The notes beneath the pieces were generated by a model, which was not told the origin of the DNA, made no database searches, and saw only the letters and a list, made by a program, of their open reading frames with translations. This document shows positions 1-5,632 of a stretch of 5,731 bases of DNA, one piece after another (positions within the stretch are counted from its first letter, which is position 1; each line of letters starts with the position of its first letter). A program made the translations under genes and the position numbers. The DNA is from a virus, in IMG/VR virus record IMGVR_UViG_3300045988_001655, positions 1 through 5,731 of that record. One strand, given 5' to 3'.

Positions 1-99
1 ATTTTTTTTTGAAAACCTTGAATTTTTTTAGAATTATAGTACAATAGAATCACAGAAAGGAAAGGTGAATACCATGTTACACTGCTACGAAGTACGAAA
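1..99. repeat. Terminal direct repeat, left copy. Bases 1-99 are identical to 5633-5731, so the window wraps a circular genome of about 5,632 bp.
   Basis: Direct reading: a, then T9, then gaaaaccttgaatttttttagaattatagtacaatagaatcacagaaaggaaaggtgaataccatgttacactgctacgaagtacgaaa occurs at 1-99 and again at 5633-5731 (offset 5632). Confidence 0.9.
18..45 (+). promoter_or_regulatory. Sigma70-like promoter for gene 1: -35 TTGAAT (18-23), 16-nt spacer, -10 TACAAT (40-45). It is flanked by T9 and T7 runs that could act as an UP element.
   Basis: Hexamers read directly. It is followed by RBS aaggaaagg and ATG at 74. An identical copy lies at 5650-5677. Confidence 0.45.
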
Positions 100-265
100 G
101 CTTGAAGACAACGGAAAAACAACCACAATTGAAAAGTTTGTGGCAGAACCAAAAGACGCCAAAGCAAAAACAAAAGCATATGCAGAAAAACACCCGGGCT
201 TATATACGCTATACAGAGCAGAACCTGTCGAAATCTATTTTACTGAAAAAGAAAGAAGAGCTTGA
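74..265 (+). CDS. Small hypothetical protein of 63 aa. An alternative GTG start at 65 would give 66 aa. No recognised family.
   Basis: ORF track 65..265. ATG at 74 lies 9 nt after AGG of aaggaaagg, whereas GTG at 65 abuts the RBS. Same strand as all other phage genes. Confidence 0.5.
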   Translation: MLHCYEVRKLEDNGKTTTIEKFVAEPKDAKAKTKAYAEKHPGLYTLYRAEPVEIYFTEKERRA

Positions 266-290
266 CAAGCTATCCTTCCCATGATATAAC
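262..290 (+). promoter_or_regulatory. Near-consensus sigma70 promoter: -35 TTGACA (262-267), 17-nt spacer, extended -10 TGaTATAAC (282-290).
   Basis: Read directly. It overlaps the stop codon of gene 1 and is followed by a leader of about 185 nt before ATG 476. Confidence 0.55.
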
Positions 291-475
291 GCAAATAATC
301 AAACAGCACAGAAGTGTTCCTCACAAATTCATTTTTACAAAAATAACTTTAAGAAAGAGGTGAACCGCCCTGACTCTCCAAGAAATCAAAACGCTGTTTG
401 AAAACATCCAAAAAATCCTTGCCATGCTGGACAAAATCTACCATGCAGTAACAGGGAACGAACCGGAGGCTTAAC

Positions 476-703
476 ATGGAGAAAAAACTATGGAATGTAA
501 GAGACCAGACCGACGAGAACCTTATACAGGAGTTAACGAAAATCCACAGGGGAATCGACGGCGTGTACAGTATGATCAGAAAGGCCGCAACAATCGAAGA
601 CGCAAAATATTACGTTGACCTTGTGTTTCGCAAGAAGGCGGCAGCAAACGAAATTGAGATGGAAATACTCAGGAGGGACATCAACCATGGCAAAGAGGAG
701 TAA
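476..703 (+). CDS. Small hypothetical protein of 75 aa. No recognised family.
   Basis: ORF track. GGAGG (465-469) lies 6 nt upstream of ATG 476. Its 3' end overlaps the next gene by 17 nt. Confidence 0.55.
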   Translation: MEKKLWNVRDQTDENLIQELTKIHRGIDGVYSMIRKAATIEDAKYYVDLVFRKKAAANEIEMEILRRDINHGKEE

Positions 704-806
704 AGTCCGCAAATCCAAAGACGCAAAAATCTACAACAAGACAGCACGAAAAACCAAGGCCATTAACCTTGGCAGCGGCGCAATGAGAGGAGGAATCCGT
801 CTGTGA
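687..806 (+). CDS. Putative J/VP8-like small basic DNA-binding (DNA packaging) peptide, 39 aa: MAKRSKVRKSKDAKIYNKTARKTKAINLGSGAMRGGIRL.
   Basis: The internal ATG at 687 of ORF 615..806 is preceded by AGGAGGGA (671-678) with 8-nt spacing. About one-third of the residues are K/R. Microviridae encode a small basic J or ORF8 protein of about 20-40 aa that enters the capsid with the DNA. Confidence 0.5.
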   Translation: MAKRSKVRKSKDAKIYNKTARKTKAINLGSGAMRGGIRL

Positions 807-829
807 GCTCAGTATACGCAGGAGTAACA

Positions 830-901
830 ATGGCATGCCTCGCAGCAGGCTTTGTCTTCATCGTCTTCGCAATCGACATTATCAAGGAATGGTTCAAATA
901 A
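830..901 (+). CDS. Unannotated 23-aa hydrophobic mini-ORF, MACLAAGFVFIVFAIDIIKEWFK. It is a candidate single-pass membrane peptide.
   Basis: ATG 830 has AGGAG (820-824) 5 nt upstream. TAA 899-901 overlaps the SD of the next gene. The ORF fills the 105-bp gap between two genes. The hydrophobic core AAGFVFIVFAIDII is about one TM helix long. Confidence 0.3.
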   Translation: MACLAAGFVFIVFAIDIIKEWFK

Positions 902-911
902 GGAGAAAAAC

Positions 912-1148
912 ATGAACGTATACGGAATTTTCGATAACTGCGTGATGGGTTATATCGCCATCTTCACCGAACGTGACGACAAAGTGGCCGAACGTAATTT
1001 CAAAATCGCACTGACCGACGAACAAAACATCATGAGCAAGACTCCAAGCGACTATCGGCTGGAGCGACTGGCAAAATTCGACGAGAAAACGGGCCTGTTT
1101 GAAAACGAAAAGGAGAATATCTTCGATGGCGTATCGATCAGTAAGTAA
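912..1148 (+). CDS. Small hypothetical protein of 78 aa. No recognised family.
   Basis: ORF track 852..1148. The true start is probably ATG 912, which has a strong SD AAGGAG (901-906) with 5-nt spacing. The 3' end overlaps the next gene. Confidence 0.55.
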   Translation: MNVYGIFDNCVMGYIAIFTERDDKVAERNFKIALTDEQNIMSKTPSDYRLERLAKFDEKTGLFENEKENIFDGVSISK

Positions 1149-1605
1149 TTTCAGAGAGACTGCAACAGCAAAGCCCACTGAGGCCGGAGAAACCATCAGA
1201 CGGACGTATCTTTGGGAAATCAACGAAAAGGGCGAAAAGGTGCTGACGCTTGACCAGACCATTGACCAGCAGGCAGAAATCGACAGCTACCTAGAAGAGA
1301 CCAAACTGGAAAACATCCTCAGGCGGGCATCCATTGATCCTGACATTGCAGCTAGACTGGTGCCGAACATGGGTGACGGGATCCAAGACGCAACCGGGAT
1401 GCCGGAGAATCTGATGCAGCTCCAGAACATCATGCTGCGGGCCGAGCAAATCTGGGATGAAATCCCAAAGGAAATCAAGCTCAAGTTTGACAATGACGTC
1501 GATAAATTCGTGGCAAGCTTCGGAACTATCGACTGGGCAAAAAATCTGGGCATTTATCAGGAAGAGCTGCCTGAAGAGCCTAAAAAGGAGGAAGCCGCTG
1601 AATGA
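1126..1605 (+). CDS. Acidic 159-aa protein immediately upstream of the capsid gene and translationally coupled to it. Putative internal scaffolding protein (VP3-like).
   Basis: ORF track 1099..1605, where 1099 is a TTG. ATG 1126 has AAGGAG (1111-1116) 9 nt upstream. The protein is rich in E/D, consistent with gokushovirus VP3 scaffolds. The stop TGA 1603-1605 overlaps the VP1 ATG (ATGA). Assignment is by size, charge and position only. Confidence 0.4.
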   Translation: MAYRSVSNFRETATAKPTEAGETIRRTYLWEINEKGEKVLTLDQTIDQQAEIDSYLEETKLENILRRASIDPDIAARLVPNMGDGIQDATGMPENLMQLQNIMLRAEQIWDEIPKEIKLKFDNDVDKFVASFGTIDWAKNLGIYQEELPEEPKKEEAAE

Positions 1606-3269
1606 ACAGAAATAAAGACGCAGGATTCAACCAGGTGCCGCGACTGGACATCACGCGAAGCCGCTTTAAGAGGCGGCAGGACGTAAAGCTCACGCTCAAT
1701 GCTGGACAGCTCATTCCGTTCTATGTGGACGAAGTGCTACCGGGCGACACCTTCAGCATCGACCAAGCCGCAATTATCCGTATGACAACGCCTATCTTCC
1801 CAGTTATGGACAACTGCCACATGGATATCTACTACTTCAACGTACCGTGCCGTATCATCTGGGAACATTTCAAACGGTTCATGGGCGAAAACGACTCCGG
1901 GCCGTGGGCACAGACTCAGGAGTATACCATTCCGCAGGTCAAAGTAACTGGCTCAACCGACAAGCCGGCACCGTACGAGGGAAGCATCATGGACTACATG
2001 GGCATTCCTACCAAGGTGAGCAAAGGAACTGACAGTACCTTCAGCGTTAACGCACTGCCGTTCAGAGCATACGCCATGATTTGGCAAGAGTGGTTCCGCG
2101 ACCAGAACGTGGACAATCCGGCAATCAACAAAACCACAGACGAAACAGTCAACTACACTGACGATGAGACAAAGGGTATGGACGCAACAAATCCTGACCT
2201 TGAATACATCCTACAAAACGCATACACCGGCGGCAGACCGCTGCCGGTGAATAAGTACCACGACTACTTCACATCGGCTTTACCTTCCCCTCAGAAAGCG
2301 GGAGAACCTGTAAAAATCCCTCTGGGAAATACCGCAAAAATATACGGATACTACAACAGCAACCCAGGCCATAAAGCACCAATCGACGGAGACGAATTAA
2401 CCATATACAACGGAAACCGTTCGGAAATAAACAAAGCGGATAGCATCGTTGGGCAACCCTCAAACTTAACGTACGAACCACTTCAACTGAGAGCAGATCT
2501 GTCAAGTGCAACATCTACAACCATCAATCAGCTGAGACAGGCTTTCCAGGTACAAAAGTACTACGAGCAGTTAGCACGCGGTGGCAGCCGCTACCGCGAG
2601 ATGATTTACTCGCTGTTTCATACCAAAATCAGCGATAAGACGGTACAAATTCCTGAATACCTGGGCGGCACACGCATTACTATCAACATGAGTCAGGTTA
2701 TCCAGACCAGCGGCACGACCACCGATAGTCCGCAGGGCAACGCAGCAGCAATAAGTGTTACGCCGTACAACGGGAACATGTTCACCAAGAGCTTCGAAGA
2801 GCATGGCTATGTTATCGGCGTGTGCTGCATCCGGCATGACCATACCTACCAGCAGGGCTTGGAACGCATGTGGAGCCGCAAAACAAATCTGGATTTTTAC
2901 TATCCGGTCTTTGCAAACCTGGGAGAGCAGGCCATCCTGAAAAAGGAGCTGTATCTCACTGGTACGGACACCGACGAACAGGCCTTTGGTTATCAGGAAG
3001 CATGGGCAGAGTACCGAATGAAGCCAAACCGCATCAGCGGCAAGTTCCGGTCGAATGCAGAAGGAACTCTGGACAGCTGGCACTACGGCGACAACTACGA
3101 AAAGGCTCCGAGCCTGAGCCAGGCATGGATGAAAGAGGGAGATTCCGAGATTCAGAGAACTCTGGCCAAAGACAACGAACCTCAGTTTATCATGGATACC
3201 GTCATAGACAATACGTCTGTAAGACCGATGCCAATGTACAGCATTCCGGGTCTCGTAGACCATCACTAA
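1602..3269 (+). CDS. VP1: Major capsid protein (Microviridae F / gokushovirus VP1), 555 aa.
   Basis: The N-terminal region has the FNQVPRLD...[16 protein letters not shown] motif typical of microvirus capsid proteins. The size is right. The central region (about residues 190-330) is hydrophilic and variable, like the gokushovirus insertion loop. AAGGAGG lies 9 nt upstream of ATG. Confidence 0.9.
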   Translation: MNRNKDAGFNQVPRLDITRSRFKRRQDVKLTLNAGQLIPFYVDEVLPGDTFSIDQAAIIRMTTPIFPVMDNCHMDIYYFNVPCRIIWEHFKRFMGENDSGPWAQTQEYTIPQVKVTGSTDKPAPYEGSIMDYMGIPTKVSKGTDSTFSVNALPFRAYAMIWQEWFRDQNVDNPAINKTTDETVNYTDDETKGMDATNPDLEYILQNAYTGGRPLPVNKYHDYFTSALPSPQKAGEPVKIPLGNTAKIYGYYNSNPGHKAPIDGDELTIYNGNRSEINKADSIVGQPSNLTYEPLQLRADLSSATSTTINQLRQAFQVQKYYEQLARGGSRYREMIYSLFHTKISDKTVQIPEYLGGTRITINMSQVIQTSGTTTDSPQGNAAAISVTPYNGNMFTKSFEEHGYVIGVCCIRHDHTYQQGLERMWSRKTNLDFYYPVFANLGEQAILKKELYLTGTDTDEQAFGYQEAWAEYRMKPNRISGKFRSNAEGTLDSWHYGDNYEKAPSLSQAWMKEGDSEIQRTLAKDNEPQFIMDTVIDNTSVRPMPMYSIPGLVDHH

Positions 3270-3280
3270 GAAAGGGGGAA

Positions 3281-3309
3281 GCCCGGGGCAAAACCCCGGG
3301 CTATTTTAT
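3281..3309 (+). terminator. Rho-independent terminator/attenuator between VP1 and VP2: GCCCGGGG-caaaa-CCCCGGGC followed by tATTTTATT.
   Basis: Perfect 8-bp all-GC stem (3281-3288 and 3294-3301), 5-nt loop, then a T-rich tract. It lies immediately after the VP1 stop. Confidence 0.7.
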
Positions 3310-3310
3310 T

Positions 3311-4177
3311 ATGGCATTAGCAGCAATCGGCAGCGCACTGCTCGGAATCGGCAAACAACTACTCCCAACAATCGCCGGAGGACTCATAAACAAATTCCTG
3401 GGTGGAAACCTAATGGAAAGCAATGGAGGGAGCAGTCAGCACAACGAAAGCTCAAGCCAGGGAGGCGGCTACAGCAGCGCCGCCAGCGGCGTAAACCGAG
3501 AACAGAACCTGCAAGACTGGAACAGTATGCTAGGGGCAATTCAAAACAATATGCAAAGCCAGCAGAAGTTTAACCGTCGGAGCATGTTCGAGCAAATGGG
3601 CTATAACACCATGGCGGCAATCACTCAGGGTGTATATAACCAGATAAGCAACAACGCAGCGATGGCCTACAACAGCGCAGAAGCAGCCAAAAACAGAGCT
3701 TGGCAAGAGCAAATGAGCAATACAGCTTATCAGCGAGCTGTAGAAGACATGAAAAAAGCTGGCATCAACCCTATCTTAGCATACCAACAAGGAGGAGCAA
3801 GCACGCCAGGAGGCGCACAAGCCACTATCAGTGGGGCAAGCATGGGACTCGCAAGCAGCAGTGCAGCGAACGCAAGCGCTCTCGGAGTAAGCCAGAATCA
3901 CAACAACACATGGAGCAAAAGCGAAAGCAACTGGTACAACGCGGCACAAGCGGTTGGAGACGCTACAAGCTGGTCTCACACAAGCGCAGACAAAGCGTTT
4001 AATGCATTCAAGGACGTCTTCAATGACCTCAGCAACCTAAACGGTGGCAACGGCGGCGTTGCAAACGCCAGCCAAGGTGCCGGGAGAAAACCGAAGAAAG
4101 ATGAAATCGAATACAGACCGGGAAAAGACTTCATCGGAAGCAAAAACGTCGAATTTTGGAAAGGAAAACTTAAATAA
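3311..4177 (+). CDS. VP2: DNA pilot / minor capsid protein (microvirus H / gokushovirus VP2), 288 aa.
   Basis: Hydrophobic N-terminus [25 protein letters not shown]. It has the conserved pilot-protein block [22 protein letters not shown] and a Q/N/S/G-rich low-complexity body. The ORF-track frame 2870..4177 overlaps VP1, so the first ATG after the VP1 stop (3311) is taken as the start. Confidence 0.8.
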   Translation: MALAAIGSALLGIGKQLLPTIAGGLINKFLGGNLMESNGGSSQHNESSSQGGGYSSAASGVNREQNLQDWNSMLGAIQNNMQSQQKFNRRSMFEQMGYNTMAAITQGVYNQISNNAAMAYNSAEAAKNRAWQEQMSNTAYQRAVEDMKKAGINPILAYQQGGASTPGGAQATISGASMGLASSSAANASALGVSQNHNNTWSKSESNWYNAAQAVGDATSWSHTSADKAFNAFKDVFNDLSNLNGGNGGVANASQGAGRKPKKDEIEYRPGKDFIGSKNVEFWKGKLK

Positions 4178-5197
4178 ATGGGATGCAACAAACCATTAAT
4201 CCGGTTTTATGTACCTCATGATAGAGAGGCGAGTGGGCGAGTGTACTCACTCGCCTCTTTTAACAAGATTCATGAAACCAAAATACAGTATGAAGACCTG
4301 ATGTATCGCAAAGATGTAATGATGATACCATGCGGACAATGCACAGGATGCAAACTACGCAAGCGCAAAGACTGGGCAACACGAATGGAGCTGGAAGCAT
4401 ACAGCCACGACAAGGAAAGCATCTGGTTTATCACGTTAACCTATGATGACGACCACGTACCAACACAGGACACAGAAACAGGGGAAATCTTCAAGGGAGG
4501 CGTAAACGTATGGAGAGACGCCTCAGAGCGTCCCAGAACGGTGCAAACCTTAAGCGTAGAGGATGTCCAGTTATTCATGAAAAGGCTTAGAAAGGCCGTC
4601 AGCGGGCCTCTCAGATACTTCTTGGCCGGAGAGTATGGAGACAACACCTCAAGACCACACTATCACATGATACTATACGGATGGTATCCGGACAACTTAA
4701 AGCCAATTCACAGGCTGTCAAGGTTTGGACACTACACGAGTGATAAACTGGTCAAAGTCTGGGGACAAGGGACGGTTGACATAGCCCAGGCAACGCCGGA
4801 AACGTATAACTACGTAGCTGGATATGTGACCAAGAAGCTGTACGGAAACGACAAAGACAAGTACAAGAAAATGGGACTCATACCGCCATTCTGCATAATG
4901 AGCCGAAAGCCAGGACTCGGAGACGAATGGTTCCAAAAGAACCAAGAAAGGCTATGGCAACTTGGATACATCCAGCTGACAAACGGCAAAAGAGAAGCCA
5001 TTCCAGAATATTATTGGCGAAAGCTGGAAGCTGAAAATCCTGAAAAGGCGTGGAGAATCAAGCAGTATCGACAAGAAAAAGCCATTGCATCCCTAATCGA
5101 AAGAAACATGGAAACTGACAAACGGTATGCCGAACAACTGGCCGATAAAGAAGCAATAATGAAGAAGAAGATGTCCAAAGCAAAGGGCGTTTTTTAG
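4178..5197 (+). CDS. VP4: Rolling-circle replication initiation protein (microvirus A / gokushovirus VP4), 339 aa.
   Basis: HUH-endonuclease motifs are present: motif I FITLTY, motif II HYHMILYG, motif III YNYVAGYVTKK (two catalytic tyrosines, as in the phiX174 A protein). There is an N-terminal CGQCTGCK cysteine cluster. The start abuts the VP2 stop. Confidence 0.9.
   Translation: MGCNKPLIRFYVPHDREASGRVYSLASFNKIHETKIQYEDLMYRKDVMMIPCGQCTGCKLRKRKDWATRMELEAYSHDKESIWFITLTYDDDHVPTQDTETGEIFKGGVNVWRDASERPRTVQTLSVEDVQLFMKRLRKAVSGPLRYFLAGEYGDNTSRPHYHMILYGWYPDNLKPIHRLSRFGHYTSDKLVKVWGQGTVDIAQATPETYNYVAGYVTKKLYGNDKDKYKKMGLIPPFCIMSRKPGLGDEWFQKNQERLWQLGYIQLTNGKREAIPEYYWRKLEAENPEKAWRIKQYRQEKAIASLIERNMETDKRYAEQLADKEAIMKKKMSKAKGVF
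4225..4258. other. Perfect 11-bp inverted repeat inside the 5' end of the rep gene: AGAGGCGAGTG-(12 nt)-CACTCGCCTCT. GGCGAGTG is tandemly duplicated on the left arm.
   Basis: Arms at 4225-4235 and 4248-4258 are exact reverse complements. The loop ggcgagtgtact overlaps a second GGCGAGTG copy (4236-4243), so alternative pairing is possible. Confidence 0.7.
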
Positions 5198-5206
5198 CTC
5201 TGGTGT

Positions 5207-5263
5207 CACTCAGCCAAGTAACTATCAAGTACATATACTTGGCTGAGTGTTTTTTAGTTTTTT
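5207..5263 (+). terminator. Rho-independent terminator after rep: 14-bp perfect stem CACTCAGCCAAGTA / TACTTGGCTGAGTG with a 15-nt loop, followed by TTTTTTagTTTTTT.
   Basis: Arms at 5207-5220 and 5236-5249 are exact reverse complements. T-runs at 5250-5255 and 5258-5263. Confidence 0.75.
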
Positions 5264-5267
5264 ATCA

Positions 5268-5308
5268 GCGCACGCGCACGCGCACGTAATCGCGCACGTA
5301 CACGTGCG
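5268..5308. repeat. GC-rich alternating purine-pyrimidine island. (GCGCAC)x3 is tandem (5268-5285), with a fourth copy at 5292-5297, and a palindrome CGCACGT-ac-ACGTGCG at 5293-5308.
   Basis: Read directly. Strict Pu/Py alternation over 5268-5288 (21 bp) and 5291-5308 (18 bp). The island is flanked by T-runs on both sides. Confidence 0.8.
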
Positions 5309-5331
5309 ATTTTTATTATATTATTATTTAC

Positions 5332-5352
5332 TTGTTGTAGTAGTAGTAGTAG
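5332..5352. repeat. Trinucleotide microsatellite (TTG)2(TAG)5.
   Basis: ttgttgtagtagtagtagtag read directly. TAG units at 5338-5352. Confidence 0.85.
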
Positions 5353-5356
5353 GGAG

Positions 5357-5532
5357 TGTTGAAATGTTGAAAACTATGAATATCTATCCTTGGAACGATA
5401 TTTTGTAGTCAATTTTGATGTTGATAACTTTGTGGAAAACTTGTTGAATTGTTGAAAGTGTAGCAATATGCACAAAACCATTTGTGCAACTTTTTGTGGA
5501 AAACCTGTTGAAAGTGTTGAAAGTGTTGAAAA
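5357..5532 (+). promoter_or_regulatory. Iteron array of about 10 same-orientation copies of TGTTGAAA(R) in three clusters: 5357-5373, 5419-5458 and 5495-5532. It includes two TGTGGAAAA variants (5431-5439 and 5495-5503), a 21-bp direct repeat (5428-5448 and 5492-5512, 19/21 identical), and a perfect tandem TGTTGAAAG-TGTTGAAAG-TGTTGAAAA at 5506-5532.
   Basis: Copies read directly at 5357, 5365, 5419 (TGTTGATAA), 5431, 5442 (TGTTGAAT), 5450, 5495, 5506, 5515 and 5524. Confidence 0.8.
5469..5488. repeat. Palindrome TGCACAAA-acca-TTTGTGCA centred between the two 21-bp iteron repeat units.
   Basis: 8-bp arms are exact reverse complements with a 4-nt spacer. Confidence 0.8.
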
Positions 5533-5542
5533 TGTAATTAGA

Positions 5543-5611
5543 GGCAGCTCGGCAGCTGGCCGAAAGGTTACGTCATGCTCTTCGTACGGCGCACCGCGCC
5601 TAGCGCATGAC
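5543..5611. other. GC-rich structured block: direct repeat GGCAGCT-c-GGCAGCT (5543-5557), then nested inverted repeats GTCATGC (5572-5578) / GCATGAC (5605-5611) enclosing GGCGC-acc-GCGCC (5588-5600).
   Basis: Read directly. This is the only GC-rich segment of the AT-rich intergenic region apart from the GCGCAC island. Confidence 0.6.
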
Positions 5612-5632
5612 CTTCAATGCAAAATTCGTCTA

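Noticed and set aside
25-50. Possible XerCD dif-like site (TAGAAT...TAGAAT; ATGTTGAAA resembling a XerD arm), by analogy with dif-integrating gokushovirus prophages.
   Set aside because: Alignment by eye to the E. coli and B. subtilis dif consensus gives only scattered matches. A dif site cannot be supported without a host-specific dif model.
102-284. 60-aa K/Q-rich ORF overlapping gene 1 in another frame. Also internal + ORFs 1847..2032 and 2755..2940 inside VP1.
   Set aside because: They are low complexity, have no RBS and are embedded in stronger genes.
364-475. Reading frame encoding LTLQEIKTLFENIQKILAMLDKIYHAVTGNEPEA in the 5' leader, ending in TAA that overlaps ATG 476.
   Set aside because: There is no canonical start codon. 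The only in-frame starts are a CTG at 370 after AAAGAGG, or a late ATG that gives 16 aa. It is treated as leader sequence, although a CTG-initiated leader peptide cannot be excluded.
852-911. ORF-track starts at 852 (MSSSSS...), at 1099 (TTG) and at 615 (TTG).
   Set aside because: Downstream ATGs at 912, 1126 and 687 each have a canonical AAGGAG or AGGAGG at 5-9 nt spacing. The upstream starts lack an SD and overlap neighbouring genes.
2571-3266. 231-aa minus-strand ORF antisense to the capsid gene. Other minus-strand ORFs include 894..1262, 1287..1553, 2269..2514 and 3530..4191.
   Set aside because: They lie opposite well-supported + strand genes, have no translation signals, and Microviridae genomes are transcribed unidirectionally.
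2870-3310. 5' extension of the VP2 reading frame that overlaps VP1 in the ORF track.
   Set aside because: It is frame run-through inside VP1. The first ATG after the VP1 stop and terminator (3311) gives the canonical hydrophobic pilot N-terminus.
3700-4002. 100-aa Arg/Lys-rich ORF in an alternative frame inside VP2.
   Set aside because: It has no SD. Its composition is explained by the frame shift of the Q/A/S-rich repetitive VP2 codons (caa/gca/agc). It is likely a compositional artefact.
5417-5432. Resemblance of GTTGATAACTT to the phiX174 origin core CAACTTGATATTAATAAC.
   Set aside because: Only a TTGATA core is shared, which is too weak to call a Rep nick site.
5357-5532. CRISPR-like appearance of the short tandem repeats.
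   Set aside because: The units are 8-9 bp with no unique spacers and no cas genes. They are iterons, not a CRISPR array.
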